The notes below the pieces were generated by a model. It was given only the letters and a program-made list of their open reading frames with translations. It ran no database searches and was not told the origin of the DNA. A program made the position numbers and the translations under genes. From positions 4,154 to 68,153 of the IMG/VR virus record IMGVR_UViG_3300044816_000011: DNA of 64,000 nt; one strand, written 5' to 3'. Positions 10,143 to 23,077 of the stretch are shown here, one piece after another (positions within the stretch are counted from its first letter, which is position 1; each line of letters opens with the position of its first letter). This DNA is from a virus.

Positions 10143-13100
10143 CGCAAGTAACCGTCAACCAGAACGGACCCATTGATGTAGTGACGGTCTATACGCCGGG
10201 GCCGCAGGGACCCACTGGCCCTATGGGGAATCAAGGGCCATCTGGACCATCAGGGCCTACAGGACCAACAGGCGTGACTGGTCCATCTGGAACGGGACCG
10301 ACTGGACCAAGCGTAACGGGGCCAACAGGCCCAACGGGCGCAACCGGTCCTGGTGGTACAGGTCCCACTGGCCCAACGGGCACAGGTGCAACCGGTCCGA
10401 CAGGCACATCAGGCACATCCGGTTCCGATGGTCCTACGGGACCTGGTGGTCCGACTGGGCCGACTGGCATTCAAGGCGCAACAGGTCCAGGGAGTGGCCC
10501 TACAGGCCCCACAGGACCTACAGGTATCTCAGGTCCGACCGGCCCCGCGAGTGGCCCTACTGGACCTACTGGTCCCACTGGTGCTAACGGCACTACGGGA
10601 GCTGGTGGGCCTACTGGCGTCGCAGGCCCAACTGGACCAACCGGTACGACGGGAACTACAGGCGCGGCAGGTCCGACTGGGCCTACGGGACCTACTGGGA
10701 CCACGGGAACTACAGGCGCAATCGGCCCTACGGGGCCTACTGGTCCGACCGGAACTACGGGAACGACTGGTGCAGGTGGTCCAACTGGGCCTACGGGTAT
10801 CGGGCCCACTGGGCCAATCGGAGTTGGCGCAACCGGTCCGACAGGTACGGCCGGGCCAACTGGACCCACAGGTACCGCAGGCACTGCTGGCGCCAATGGC
10901 CCGACCGGGCCCACTGGAACAGTCGGCGCAGGTGGTCCGACTGGGCCAGGCGGTACAGGACCTACAGGTCCAGGTGGCGCACTCGGACCCACAGGTCCGA
11001 CTGGCGCGATTGGTCCCACGGGCAATATCTCGAATCTCGTATTCGCCAGTAGCTATGCCGGGATCACGCCGGGCGGTACGGTCGATAGTCGAACTGCGGT
11101 CAATGCAGCGATACAGGCGACGGCTGCGGCGGGCGATATTTTTGTGATCGATTGCATTATTTTGGTGACCATCGGCTCCGATATCACGAAGCCGATATTC
11201 CTGCCGCCGAATGCATCGATTTTCTTCATGCCGAATTGCTACATCGTGACAGACCATATTTTGGTGCCGTTATTCGTGATTTGTAATTCCTCGAATATCA
11301 CGTTCAAGGATTACAACGTCCAATACATTGGCACATTCGGAGTGACGGCGATAGATGCGGGGAACCCATCTGATCCAATCTATCCAGTGCTCGGCAATTT
11401 CAATGATATTACTGTCAAGGCTTACATGGGCGCCAACTGGGGCAATACCTATACAGGCGGCGGCAGTTCTATATTCCCGTCCGCAACCAATGCGACAGCG
11501 CAAATTCTGATGAGTGGCGTTTCGAATCACATCAATTTCCTCGGCAAGACTCGCGCATGGGTGCCTGATCTCACGGGCGGCGTAGCGACTCCAGCCTGCA
11601 ATTTCATTCCCTGCTTTATATCGGTCTATGCACAGTGGTTGCCGAATACGTTGATTACGACGTCTATACAAGGGAATCCGCCAAACTCAACAAATGCCGC
11701 AGTACCAGACCATGTATTGATAGAAGATTTGGAGCTCGATGGCTGCATCATGGGGATCGTTGGAACTTGCACCCATATTCAGATCAACCACGGTCATAGC
11801 ATCCGCTACTCAGATTTGCAGGATGCGAACGGCAACAATGTGGGCGGTAAGGTCTATACGATTACGGCACTGACTGGCGCTCCGGTTACACCGTTCACAA
11901 GCGCGACGCTAACTGCCAATTGGGCCTATGCGACACATGCGTATAACGTGACTTTCAGCGATGGCTCGCAAAAGGCAGCGACATTCACGAATGGATCTCC
12001 GACGATTACCTGGCTAGGTGCAGTCGCTAGTGGACTAGCGGCCTCCATCGGCGTTCAATATTCAACGGTATGGTTTGCTCCACCACATTTTATCTATATT
12101 CACTCGCTAGATTTCAACGGGAACTTCCCTTGTACGCATGACTTTGGTGTGGTCTATGATGAGGGAAAATATGTCGGCGGTATTAATCGACGGCCGACTA
12201 ATTCAGGCTATTTGAATTCAATCAAGTTCGAACCTGCGAACGGATCGACCATAGCGAATTACACGACATTGCGCCCCGATGGCGGCATGGACGTTCTGTC
12301 TTTCTCTAATTCTAACGGATCTATATCGAAGTTCTTCGCGATCTACAATTCGGCGACTGCTCAGACGGGGCAACTGGTATTTACTGGAGCATTATCGTCG
12401 GCAACGAGTGGAACGCTCAATGCGCCATGGCCCTATGGCAGCGGGACACAGACCTATGCGATCACGTTCAGCAATGGCACGACGCAGACCGGTACGTTTA
12501 TAAACAGTCAAACGACTGTGACATGGGCGACTCCAGTCACTGCAACGGCGATTGCTAGTGTCGTGAACACCTCGAATACCGCAAACTTCATGTGGCGGTT
12601 TCCATCGGTTCCAGCGGTTATCGGATACTCAATGGAGTACGAAGGATTCGATACCGCTCCAGTACCGATAAATAACGGTTGCCAGGGCGACGGACAGATA
12701 TTGAACTCCGGTATTAGCATGCGTGGACGGGTCACGCTCAACGATATTCCGTTTGGTTCAACCTGGCAGCCAGGATTTGGATTCGGCGGCACTGACATCA
12801 GTATCGATCATACGATTATTCTCAATAGTTGCTCGACGACGCAAGGGTTCATCGGATTTTTCCCGAATGTCAGTACGACATTGCTCACGGAGTCCAATGT
12901 CAAAATAACAGTGATCGGCTGGCGATCCGCGAAGGTGACATTTACTGGCGCACTGGCGGCGGCTACAAGTGGTACGTTGACGGCTTGGAACTACGGAAAT
13001 GGTACGTTCACGTTAGCATTTAGCGATGGTTCAGAACGTCAGGTTGCGATGACTGGCACGGCGGCGACATGGACTGGTGCGGTGACGGCCTCGGTGAATG

Positions 13101-13588
13101 CTAATGTATTATTGCTGAATGGTTCTAACGTAGACACCTATAAAAACCGTATTTTCGTGGCCCAGAACGGGTTAGCCTATGGCAATATCTTTGAGTTCAT
13201 CGACACGACGAACGCGATTCGTCAGTACATTGCTGGCGGCCTACTCCGGGAAGTCTGGACGCAGACATGGCAGGGCTCACCGACTGGGACCAGTTATAGC
13301 CTGCCGATATCGTATCCAGTCACCTATGCGGTAACGGTATTTACCTACAATGTTACGACAGCCCTAACAGGACCTACGACACTGAGCGTCGGCTGGTCAG
13401 GATCGACTACAGCACTGCTGAATGCCGGTGCCGTCACGACTGGCACGAATCCTTGGACAAATCCCGGTATAGCAGCAATTGTTGTACCCGCATCTAGCGC
13501 CGTATTGTTGACGCCAAGTGCTAATATCACGGCTGGTGTAATGCGAGTAGCGATCACGGCGGAACGTTCCCAGATGACTCAGGGATAG
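10139..13588 (+). CDS. collagen-like (Gly-Pro-Thr) fibre with C-terminal beta-helix/depolymerase-like head
   Basis: About 275 aa of GPT repeats, then [12 protein letters not shown] (pectate-lyase-like N-cap) and a beta-rich domain. Confidence 0.8.
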   Translation: MTQVTVNQNGPIDVVTVYTPGPQGPTGPMGNQGPSGPSGPTGPTGVTGPSGTGPTGPSVTGPTGPTGATGPGGTGPTGPTGTGATGPTGTSGTSGSDGPTGPGGPTGPTGIQGATGPGSGPTGPTGPTGISGPTGPASGPTGPTGPTGANGTTGAGGPTGVAGPTGPTGTTGTTGAAGPTGPTGPTGTTGTTGAIGPTGPTGPTGTTGTTGAGGPTGPTGIGPTGPIGVGATGPTGTAGPTGPTGTAGTAGANGPTGPTGTVGAGGPTGPGGTGPTGPGGALGPTGPTGAIGPTGNISNLVFASSYAGITPGGTVDSRTAVNAAIQATAAAGDIFVIDCIILVTIGSDITKPIFLPPNASIFFMPNCYIVTDHILVPLFVICNSSNITFKDYNVQYIGTFGVTAIDAGNPSDPIYPVLGNFNDITVKAYMGANWGNTYTGGGSSIFPSATNATAQILMSGVSNHINFLGKTRAWVPDLTGGVATPACNFIPCFISVYAQWLPNTLITTSIQGNPPNSTNAAVPDHVLIEDLELDGCIMGIVGTCTHIQINHGHSIRYSDLQDANGNNVGGKVYTITALTGAPVTPFTSATLTANWAYATHAYNVTFSDGSQKAATFTNGSPTITWLGAVASGLAASIGVQYSTVWFAPPHFIYIHSLDFNGNFPCTHDFGVVYDEGKYVGGINRRPTNSGYLNSIKFEPANGSTIANYTTLRPDGGMDVLSFSNSNGSISKFFAIYNSATAQTGQLVFTGALSSATSGTLNAPWPYGSGTQTYAITFSNGTTQTGTFINSQTTVTWATPVTATAIASVVNTSNTANFMWRFPSVPAVIGYSMEYEGFDTAPVPINNGCQGDGQILNSGISMRGRVTLNDIPFGSTWQPGFGFGGTDISIDHTIILNSCSTTQGFIGFFPNVSTTLLTESNVKITVIGWRSAKVTFTGALAAATSGTLTAWNYGNGTFTLAFSDGSERQVAMTGTAATWTGAVTASVNANVLLLNGSNVDTYKNRIFVAQNGLAYGNIFEFIDTTNAIRQYIAGGLLREVWTQTWQGSPTGTSYSLPISYPVTYAVTVFTYNVTTALTGPTTLSVGWSGSTTALLNAGAVTTGTNPWTNPGIAAIVVPASSAVLLTPSANITAGVMRVAITAERSQMTQG
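10195..11025 (+). repeat. collagen Gly-X-Thr coding repeat
   Basis: Degenerate 9-nt GGN-CCN-ACN repeat with diverse synonymous codons. Confidence 0.9.
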
Positions 13589-13599
13589 GGAGATTATGG

Positions 13600-14655
13600 A
13601 TGAAGATTGCGGTATATGCGATTGCGAAAAATGAAAGCATGTTCGTGCAGCGCTTTTGCGATGCCGCGAAGGATGCGGATATCATTTTCGTGGCAGATAC
13701 CGGATCGACCGATCACACCGTAAGTCTGCTTGATTCCTGCGACGTTGCCGTCAGGAACATATCGATCAAACCATGGCGTTTCGACGATGCACGCAATGCC
13801 GTCCTCGCGATGCTACCGGACGATATTGATGTCTGCGTCAGTCTTGACTTAGACGAAGTATTACAACCTGGATGGCGCGAAGAAATCGAGCGTGTATGGA
13901 CTCCCGGTATAACGCGGCTCAGATACGGATTCGATTGGGGCGCAGGCATAGCGTTCAAATACGAGAAAATACATGCCAGGCATGGTTATAGATGGTTCGG
14001 GCCTTGCCATGAATATCCAGTGGCTGATCGCATAACTGAGGTGTGGGCCAATACCGATAAATTGCTCGTTATTCATAAGCCAGATTCTACTAAATCACGT
14101 GGTCAGTATCTAGATTTGTTGCGCGTGTCTATTGAGGAAAATCCTACTGAGCCGCGCAATGCCTTCTACTACGCACGCGAACTCAGTTTTCACAGTCAAT
14201 GGCAAGAAGCCATCGACCAGTGCAAGCGATATCTGGATTTGCCTCGCGCTACATGGCCAAATGAACGATGCTATGCGATGCGCGTCATGGGCCGCTGCTA
14301 TCAGGAATTAGGCGACTACAATTCTGCAATGCACTGGCTACTTCGAGGGGCTAGCGAATCACCTGATACACGAGAGCCGTGGTATGAGTTAGCGCTGGTT
14401 TGCTATCGCACGCAGCGATGGGCGGCGTCGTTGGGCGCTGCGTTGACATGTTTATCGATCACTCACAAAGAATTGCTCTACACAGTCGATCCCCAAGTGT
14501 GGGGCGCAGCTCCGCATGATCTCGCATCGATTGCGGCATGGAACTTAGGAAAATACGATCTAGCGCTGGAGCATGCAAAGATTGCGGTCGATCTAGCGCC
14601 AGATGATTTACGCATGCGGCAGAATCTCGCATTCTGTCAGGAGAAAGTCGCATGA
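13600..14655 (+). CDS. GT2 glycosyltransferase with C-terminal TPR repeats
   Basis: KIAVYAIAKNE, DTGSTD, FDDARN, SLDLDE, HE motifs, then TPR-like helices. Confidence 0.9.
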   Translation: MKIAVYAIAKNESMFVQRFCDAAKDADIIFVADTGSTDHTVSLLDSCDVAVRNISIKPWRFDDARNAVLAMLPDDIDVCVSLDLDEVLQPGWREEIERVWTPGITRLRYGFDWGAGIAFKYEKIHARHGYRWFGPCHEYPVADRITEVWANTDKLLVIHKPDSTKSRGQYLDLLRVSIEENPTEPRNAFYYARELSFHSQWQEAIDQCKRYLDLPRATWPNERCYAMRVMGRCYQELGDYNSAMHWLLRGASESPDTREPWYELALVCYRTQRWAASLGAALTCLSITHKELLYTVDPQVWGAAPHDLASIAAWNLGKYDLALEHAKIAVDLAPDDLRMRQNLAFCQEKVA

Positions 14656-15338
14656 GCGTTCCGACAACCTCAGGTACATATGACTTCGCTCCTTCGATGG
14701 GCGAGACGGTTTTATATGCCTACGGTTTATGCGGAATTAGAAACACGCAATTGACTCAGCAGCATTTCGAGACCGCTCGAATGTCTACGAATATGCTTCT
14801 TGGTCGGTGGAGTTCTGATGGCGTCAACCTATGGCAAGTGGATCTCCAGCAGATTCAATTGACTCAAGGATGCTCCACATACCAGGTGCCGTCGAATACG
14901 ATTGTCATGCTGGATATGTATGTCACTCAGCAGAATGGCATTGATCGCGTCATCATGCCGATCAGCCGCACGGAATATTCGAACTTTCCGAATAAGCATC
15001 AGCAGGGTCAGCCGACGTCGGCATGGTTCGATCGATTGCTTGCACCGATTGTTACTTTGTGGCCAGTTCCTAACGCGACGGTAAGTTGCTTTAAGTATTA
15101 TCGGTTGAGACAAACTCAGGATGCGACGTTGGCGAACGGCCTCAATGTTGAAATCCCCTATTACTTTTTAGAAGCCTACGCACTCGGCTTGGCGTACCGG
15201 CTCGCGCTGTCCTGGGCGCAGGATAAAGTTCCGATGCTGAAGCCGTTGGCCGATGAAGCATGGGCGCTGGCGAGCAAACAGAACACAGAGACAGCAAATA
15301 TGTATGTGTCTCCTCAAATCGGCGGATATTTTAGGTAA
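14652..15338 (+). CDS. head-tail adaptor/tail tubular protein A-like
   Basis: TSGTY.F, GVNLW, ISRTEY..PNK..G.P, LWPVP, GLAYRLA pattern. Confidence 0.65.
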   Translation: MSVPTTSGTYDFAPSMGETVLYAYGLCGIRNTQLTQQHFETARMSTNMLLGRWSSDGVNLWQVDLQQIQLTQGCSTYQVPSNTIVMLDMYVTQQNGIDRVIMPISRTEYSNFPNKHQQGQPTSAWFDRLLAPIVTLWPVPNATVSCFKYYRLRQTQDATLANGLNVEIPYYFLEAYALGLAYRLALSWAQDKVPMLKPLADEAWALASKQNTETANMYVSPQIGGYFR

Positions 15339-16055
15339 TGGCTTACGCATCACAATCAGGTCGAGCGCGTACCTCAGCGAAATCGCCGCAGGCTCATGCC
15401 ATATGCGACCGTTGCGGGTTTCGCTATAACCATATTGATCTAAAATACCAATACGAATGGCGTGGACCTGTACTCCAAAACATCCAATTGCTAGTCTGCA
15501 AATCCTGCCTAGATATACCGCAGGAGCAGTTACGCAGTATCGCGATACCTGCTGATCCGGTGCCGATCATGAACGCACGCCCTCAGGATTTCACTGCTTC
15601 CGAATCAGACTACCGCGCCGTCTCCGCGCAGCTCGTCACGGATCCAGTGACCGGTATTCCGATCCCATCTACAACGCTACGTGTTACGCAAGACTGCGAC
15701 AATCGCACGCTGATTCCCTACGGCGAGCCGGAAGGTCTGGATCAGAATGCGATCATGCCGCTACAAATCGTGGACGGCGTGCCAACTCATTATGGCGTGC
15801 CGCTCCCGGTACTGTCAGTGAGCGCCATCGGTACGGTTGTAACCGTGACATGTTCGGCAGTCCACAACTTGCATCCAGACAATCAGATATCGGTCGAAGG
15901 ACTCACAGCGGGCAATGGATTTTTCAGTATCCAAGTACCTACGGCCACGATGTTCACGTATCGAACCATCAAACCCGTATCGCCGCAACTGACGTCGACA
16001 ACGCGCATCGTGACGGCGAAGGTCGGACTGCCGCTCGGTACCACTGAGTTATCCA

Positions 16056-16063
<8 letters not shown>
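15338..16063 (+). CDS. virion protein with N-terminal CDRC...CxxC zinc finger
   Basis: [10 protein letters not shown]...[14 protein letters not shown]...DPVPI.NARP; C-terminal beta domain. Confidence 0.6.
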
Positions 16064-17203
<1,140 letters not shown>

Positions 17204-17219
<16 letters not shown>

Positions 17220-19252
17220 TGCGAATAGCGGAAATTGTGAGACGAAATGCATCTTTAGTGAGACCAAACCGGTTCCACGTGAAACGAATCGTTGGTTTTC
17301 TGATACTGGCGTTACCGGGACTGGCCAGCGCACAGGTCTACAACTACTTCTCGCCTGGCTGCGCACTCTCAGGTAATGCGACGTCGCAAACCGTGAACCT
17401 CGCGAGCGGCGTTTGCATCATCGGCAACTTACCCGTCGCTCGGCTGAACAGCGGAACATCGGCATCAAGTACCACATTCTGGCGCGGCGATGGCACGTGG
17501 TCGACGGTCCCAGGAACACCCGGCGGCAGTACCGGACAAGTGCAGGTCAACAACGGCGGCGTGTTCACCGGCTATTCGGATTTCACCTGGATCACGGGTA
17601 CGAATACGCTGAATGTCGGCACATCGACCACATCGACGAATGGAACCGTAACGGTTGGCGGATCAGGGACCGGCGCTGGACTCGTGAGCGGCGGCAAGCA
17701 ACTGACGGTATCCGGCAATCCCTTGATCCTAACGACCAGCGGCGGCGGCGCGCTGAATATCGCGGGCTCTGCTGGCGGCGGCGCGGCGGCTGGCACGACG
17801 ATATCGATGACGGCGGGGAACACCGGAAGTAGTTCGTCATCGCCTGGTGGGGCGGTAACTATTACGGGTGGAACTGGGAATGCGACGGCGGCATCGGGGA
17901 CGGTGAGCCTGGTTGGTGGAAATGGATTTTCGACTACGGGAACAGCGGGGAATGTGTCGATTCAGGGAGGATTGGGGAATACGCAGGCGTTGTCGGGTGG
18001 GATATTTTTCTCTACGAACAATGCCAGTCGAGCATCGATTGGCAATGCGGGGAATGTGTCGATTGCGGCGCCTGCGAGTGGAACAGCACTGACTGTAAGT
18101 GGTCCTGCCGCTTCCGCTACCACTCCACAGTTCAGTATTGTTGCAAGTGCTGGAACTGCTGGCATTATGACTTTTACGGATGGCCAGGCTGGTACTAGAG
18201 TATACGCAGTAGGGAGTGGCTTGGGAGGGGCAGGGACATTTAATATCTACGATGCTACATCTAGTAGTTCTCGTGTTGCGATTTCTTCTACCGGCAACGT
18301 TACCGTCAACGCACCAGCGAGCGGTCATTCCCTTACTGTAAACGGAATAAATGGCTACTACAATGGAGTATTTCAGTCCGGAGCGTCTACTCAGGCTGGG
18401 ATAGCCATAGCAGCCGGCGGCGGAGTTATAGGTACTCAATCCTTTGATTTCATACAAGACACTACTGGCAATGGAATAATAAATAACAGAAATAGTGGAC
18501 AAATAACCTTTGCTGCCGGAGCATCTAACCGCGTTATTATAGGGGCCGCCGGCAACGTCACCATCAATGCGCCAGCGAGCGGTGTTCCACTTACCGTAAA
18601 CGGCGTTTCAGGACAAGATCAAGCAGTATTCAAAGGTCCATCAGGACAACAAGGCGCAATACAAATACAGGATGGTCAGACAGGAGCCAACGTTGCGGCA
18701 ATACATTCAGGTTATTGCAACACCGCTGTGCCTGGTGTAATGGACCTATACAATACAGGTGCATCAAGATTTTGTATAAATAGCGGGATGTATGCGCCTG
18801 CGGCTACCGGAGGAGACCAAGGCGTAGGCACCATCAACGTCGCTGGTCTATATGTCAATGGAACTCCAGTAGGAAGCCTGTCCGCCACAACAGTAACTTT
18901 CACCGTCAATGCCGGATGCACCACATCACCAACGGTATCCGTAACATTTACTTCTGTCGGCAAAGTAATATTTGCACAGATACCGCATATCACCTGCACA
19001 TCGAATGGATCGCCGATGACCTTGGCTGGATCATTCCCATCATTCGCTCAGCGTACATCACCATCGGCATTATCATTGCCTGGTGTATTCCAGAATAATA
19101 GTAGTGGAGTTCTTGGAATCGTCGTACTCAATGCCTTGGGCAGCGGTTCCGGAAGCTTCACTTTTGCAGGTGTTACACCAACTGGAGTTGTTGGGACATC
19201 AGACCCAACCAACGGTGGCGCATTGGCCTCTTACTCATACACCACGCTATGA
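17204..19252 (+). CDS. Gly-rich tail-fibre/adhesin-like protein (alternative start GTG 17279 would give a signal peptide)
   Basis: [10 protein letters not shown] and [16 protein letters not shown] fibre motifs; three R..I...GNV.I.APASG..LTV.G repeats. Confidence 0.65.
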
Positions 19253-19725
19253 CCCCCAATCTCTCCGCCTTCCTCTCCACAATTTCTCATTCAGAAGGCA
19301 CGGACAAGGCCGCCGATCCATACGCCGTCACGTTCGGCTATAGATTCACGATCACGGATTTCTCGGATCATCCGGCCGTTCTAGGTACGTGGCACGGCGA
19401 GCCGCTAGATTTTCTAGGGCCAGCCTACGCAGGCAAAGTAAGCACTGCGGCTGGACGATATCAAATCATTGCCCCTACCTGGCGCACCTGCAAAAAACTA
19501 TTACACCTACCCGACTTCTCGCCCGCCTCGCAGGATTGGGCCGCAATCGAACTCATTCGCGAGCACGGCGCGATAGATCTGATTAATTCTGGACGCATCT
19601 CGGCGGCGATTGATGCGTGTCACGGCGTCTGGGCAAGCTTTCCGGGATCGACCAGCGGACAGCCGCAAGCCAAGCTAGCGACCTTGATTCAGTTTTACAC
19701 GGGCCACGGGGGATCATTCGCATGA
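19249..19725 (+). CDS. endolysin, lambda R-like lytic transglycosylase (GH104)
   Basis: AFL.TI..SEGT, FSDHP, STAAGRYQ, DFSPASQD, WASFPG motifs. Confidence 0.9.
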   Translation: MTPNLSAFLSTISHSEGTDKAADPYAVTFGYRFTITDFSDHPAVLGTWHGEPLDFLGPAYAGKVSTAAGRYQIIAPTWRTCKKLLHLPDFSPASQDWAAIELIREHGAIDLINSGRISAAIDACHGVWASFPGSTSGQPQAKLATLIQFYTGHGGSFA

Positions 19726-19904
19726 TTCACACACTCATCGGACTGTTTATTATTCTCTGCGTATTCGCATTGTTGTACTGGGGCATGACTCAATTGCCAT
19801 TGCCGCCAGTGATTCGCACCGTGATCATCGTCGTCATGGGATTGATCGCGCTGCTGGCTATCTGGAATATGTTCGTGGGTAGCATGGGACTCTCGTTACG
19901 GTGA
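19722..19904 (+). CDS. two-TM small membrane protein (holin candidate)
   Basis: ATGA overlap with the endolysin; two hydrophobic helices separated by LPLPP. Confidence 0.6.
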   Translation: MIHTLIGLFIILCVFALLYWGMTQLPLPPVIRTVIIVVMGLIALLAIWNMFVGSMGLSLR

Positions 19905-20293
19905 CCGATATCTTAAAAGAAGATCATCAATCTGCGCATATGAACATGCGGCAGTATGTCGATATGCGCTTTGAAATGCAGGAGAAAGCGGTATCAGCAG
20001 CGCTTGTTGCCGCAGAACGGGCAGTCAACAAGGCCGAAGCATCAACTGAAAAGCGACTGGAATCGATGAATGAGTTTCGCGGAGCATTGAGTGATTCGGC
20101 GCGATTGCTGATGCCTCGCCCGGAAGCCGAGCAATCATTTCGCGTGCTTTCAGAAAAGATTGAACATCTGGAAAAACGGGTTAATGCTCGCGATGACCGA
20201 GGACGCGGCGGCGCCGATGTCTGGGCGCTGATCCTGGCGGCAGCAGCCATCATTGCGTCTGTGGGCGGACTGCTAATACGGGTTTCGCACTAG
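19901..20293 (+). CDS. coiled-coil protein with C-terminal TM
   Basis: AVSAAL.AAE.AV.KAE helix; C-terminal hydrophobic segment. Confidence 0.55.
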   Translation: MTDILKEDHQSAHMNMRQYVDMRFEMQEKAVSAALVAAERAVNKAEASTEKRLESMNEFRGALSDSARLLMPRPEAEQSFRVLSEKIEHLEKRVNARDDRGRGGADVWALILAAAAIIASVGGLLIRVSH

Positions 20294-20352
20294 CATAAAA
20301 AGCAACTTGCGTTGTATCATGCTGATATCGTAGGTCAAACGTAAGGATAGAA

Positions 20353-20682
20353 ATGGCCGCAGCAATACCCTGGTACCGATCTCCTCAAACCATAGGTCTC
20401 ATTACGACCTTCATCGCCGCCGCCGTAGCGCTATTTCCGAAGGCTGGCGTTCTGCTCGGACTCACGTCTCCAGGCGCTATCCAGACTGCCGTCGAGAACA
20501 TTGCTGGCATCATCGCTTTGCTGGCGCCAGTCGTCGGGACCATCTTCCGTGTGAAGTCCAAGGAACAGCCCATCACCCTGACGCAGGCGGCGGCCGATAC
20601 CCATCCGGCGACCGTCGCCGCTGAAGCTACGCCAGCGGTCGCAACGCCGATCTACCAGCCCGCCAAGGAGGCACCGAAATGA
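20353..20682 (+). CDS. holin-like two-TM protein
   Basis: PWYRS.T.IG N-terminus and two TM helices; AAGGA RBS. Confidence 0.6.
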   Translation: MAAAIPWYRSPQTIGLITTFIAAAVALFPKAGVLLGLTSPGAIQTAVENIAGIIALLAPVVGTIFRVKSKEQPITLTQAAADTHPATVAAEATPAVATPIYQPAKEAPK

Positions 20683-21041
20683 TTTCCCGCCAACATTCAG
20701 CCCTGCCAATCATGTTTCTATGGCTCATGGCCGTAGCAGCCTGCTCGCAACTCGGTATCGCACCTGCGCAGACGTTCAACCAAAAGCTCGCTTACGCTAT
20801 CGGAGTTCACACATCCGTGCTCCAGGCCACAACTGCCGCCGTGACCTCGGGCGCCCTATCCAGCTCGGATGGCCAAGCGGTCCTCACGCAGGCTGATAAC
20901 GCCAAGTCGATCCTGGATGCCGCCAACGTCGCGAACTTGGCGGGGGACCTTACTGGGGCAACCAACAAGCTCGCGCTGGCTACCCAGGCGTTGACAATGC
21001 TCCAATCGTACCTCAACACTCATACGGCAGGAGCACACTGA
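20679..21041 (+). CDS. lipoprotein (lysis-associated, spanin-like candidate)
   Basis: Lipobox VAAC after a hydrophobic stretch; AGGAGG RBS. Confidence 0.6.
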   Translation: MISRQHSALPIMFLWLMAVAACSQLGIAPAQTFNQKLAYAIGVHTSVLQATTAAVTSGALSSSDGQAVLTQADNAKSILDAANVANLAGDLTGATNKLALATQALTMLQSYLNTHTAGAH

Positions 21042-21241
21042 TGCCTGTAGCCAGCCTCGCTATTGACCTCCTCGTGGCCTTACTCCAGAACGCCAGCGCG
21101 ATCAGCGCCCTGATCCAGAACGCCGGGACGCAGAACCGGGACATCACGGCGGCCGAGATCCAGTCGCTACTGGACAATGACGCGTTGGCTCGAGCTAAGC
21201 TCGTTATCGCGATTGCGGCAGCCAAGGCCGCCGGTCACTAG
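21041..21241 (+). CDS. small amphipathic helical protein
   Basis: TGATG coupling; AGGAG RBS. Confidence 0.55.
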   Translation: MPVASLAIDLLVALLQNASAISALIQNAGTQNRDITAAEIQSLLDNDALARAKLVIAIAAAKAAGH

Positions 21242-21709
21242 ATGTTTCTTGGTCCATTGATTCTGGCCGTAGACCCTCAGCCAGGTATGTGGATCATCTG
21301 GCAGGATTGCATATGGGAGGACGCGGTATTTGGCCGGGCGGTACTCCCGGTAGGATTTCGCACCGACCTCGCATCAACCCCGCAGTTCATGAGATCGTCT
21401 GCCGAATTCGATCCTACCGGCATATCCAGGCTGCCATCAGCATTTCATGATGGTGCCTATGCCCGGCTATGGGGATGGACGAAGGATAAGGCTGACCTAT
21501 TCCTGCGCGCCGCCCTGACGGTTGCCGGAGCCTCACCGGAACTCGCCGAGATGTACTACCAGGGCGTCAGACTATTCGGTGCCGATTCCTGGGCAGCCGA
21601 TGATGGTGCGCTCAAAACTAGAGACTTTGACACGCCACAGCACTATCAAGATTGGTTGACGACAGTCAAGCCGATTACTGATAGCAATCTTGTAAAACTC
21701 GGCGTTTAA
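21242..21709 (+). CDS. DUF1353-like protein
   Basis: P.GF.TDLAS.P, HD..Y, AD.F..AL, Y.GVRLFG motifs. Confidence 0.75.
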   Translation: MFLGPLILAVDPQPGMWIIWQDCIWEDAVFGRAVLPVGFRTDLASTPQFMRSSAEFDPTGISRLPSAFHDGAYARLWGWTKDKADLFLRAALTVAGASPELAEMYYQGVRLFGADSWAADDGALKTRDFDTPQHYQDWLTTVKPITDSNLVKLGV

Positions 21710-21752
21710 TATGACGCTGGCTTGCCATCTATCCCACTAAGGAAACATTACC

Positions 21753-22076
21753 ATGTCTACCACGCTCATCCCTGTAGTAGTCGCCATTACCAAGGGCGCA
21801 TCCATCCCGACTCCGACCGCCGCAGCCTTCGCCTCGACTAGTGTCGTGGTGACCGATTCAACCGGTGTCGCTCAGCCTGCCGTGCTACTGACCGGCGTCG
21901 AAACCCCGACTCCATGGGCCTTCTCGACCTCCGTAGCCGTAGGCACTGGAACCGTGGTCGCGACCGATCTGGACATTAATGGCGCGACTCTGGGCACTCC
22001 CGTTACGGTGAGTTTCACCGAAGCCGGTACGCCGCCGAGTTTCCTGCCGACGATCAGCGTTACCGTCACGCCGTAA
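21753..22076 (+). CDS. small Ig-like T/V-rich protein
   Basis: AAGGA RBS; beta-strand composition. Confidence 0.55.
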   Translation: MSTTLIPVVVAITKGASIPTPTAAAFASTSVVVTDSTGVAQPAVLLTGVETPTPWAFSTSVAVGTGTVVATDLDINGATLGTPVTVSFTEAGTPPSFLPTISVTVTP

Positions 22077-22080
22077 GCCG

Positions 22081-22242
22081 ATGACCAGGCAAACCTGGGA
22101 AGAGGAGCACGATTCACGCCTTTTGAGGCAAATCGTGCGACTGCTTGAGCAGGAGATCGTCCTGCTTGAGCAGGTCATAAAGCGGTTGCCGCCTCCGCCA
22201 AAGTATCATCCAACAACTGGCATCGCTGTTATCGTAACTTGA
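22081..22242 (+). CDS. small coiled-coil protein (53 aa)
   Basis: Hand-translated MTRQTWEEEHDSRLLRQIVRLLEQEIVLLEQVIKRLPPPP... Confidence 0.45.
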   Translation: MTRQTWEEEHDSRLLRQIVRLLEQEIVLLEQVIKRLPPPPKYHPTTGIAVIVT

Positions 22243-22285
22243 TGATACGATAGGGGGTAATTGCTCAGTTTAGGGATGACAGCCT

Positions 22286-23074
22286 TTGAGCGTGCCTGCT
22301 ACTTCCCCGTTATCGTACAACTCATATGTTACCCATATGGGAGTGATGGCGGTTGTGCAGACAATAAACGTCGCAGGTGTCAATCAAGGAGTCGATGCGG
22401 CATTCTCGGAACTCATTCCGAATATGCTGAACTACGCCGAGCTTCGTATCCAGCGCGACCTCGATTTCCTCCAATCCCAATCCTCGAATACCTACGCGCT
22501 GACTCCAGGCAGCAATACGCTGTCGATCCCGATTGACGATTTCCTAACGACGCAGACCTTCGAAGTCCTTCAGACATCGGGCGCGACGGTTGTCAACGGT
22601 ACGCCGCTCCTATCGGTATCGAAGGAGTTCATCCAGAACGTCTATGCAGGCATGGCGAGTGCCGGTACTCCGCAATATTTCGCGATGGTTGGAGACACGT
22701 TCGGGAGTGGCGGAAACACGGCCATGAACATCATGCTAGGCCCGACGCCAAACTATCCGTATCCGGTACGCGTGACTGGCACGATTCGGATGCCGTCGCT
22801 GTACAAGTATGCGGTCGCTGGTGTGGCGGATACGGCGTATACGTATATCTCGGAATTCCTCCCTGACATGCTGGTTATGGCTAGCATGATTTATATCAGT
22901 GCATTTCAGCGTAACTTCGGTCCTACCAGCGATACACCAGAATCTGGTATGACCTATGAGAAGCAGTACCAAGCTCTCAGGCTAGGTGCAATCACTGAGG
23001 AGAATCGTAAAAAATTCCAGGCAAGCGGTTGGAGTTCATATTCCACTCCGACCGCAGCGACTCCGACGAGATAG
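22286..23074 (+). CDS. tail/head-tail connector protein
   Basis: YAELRIQRDL, G.PQYFA, GPTP..Y, YEKQYQ pattern; precedes the large tail stabilisation gene. Confidence 0.65.
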   Translation: MSVPATSPLSYNSYVTHMGVMAVVQTINVAGVNQGVDAAFSELIPNMLNYAELRIQRDLDFLQSQSSNTYALTPGSNTLSIPIDDFLTTQTFEVLQTSGATVVNGTPLLSVSKEFIQNVYAGMASAGTPQYFAMVGDTFGSGGNTAMNIMLGPTPNYPYPVRVTGTIRMPSLYKYAVAGVADTAYTYISEFLPDMLVMASMIYISAFQRNFGPTSDTPESGMTYEKQYQALRLGAITEENRKKFQASGWSSYSTPTAATPTR

Positions 23075-23077
23075 CGC

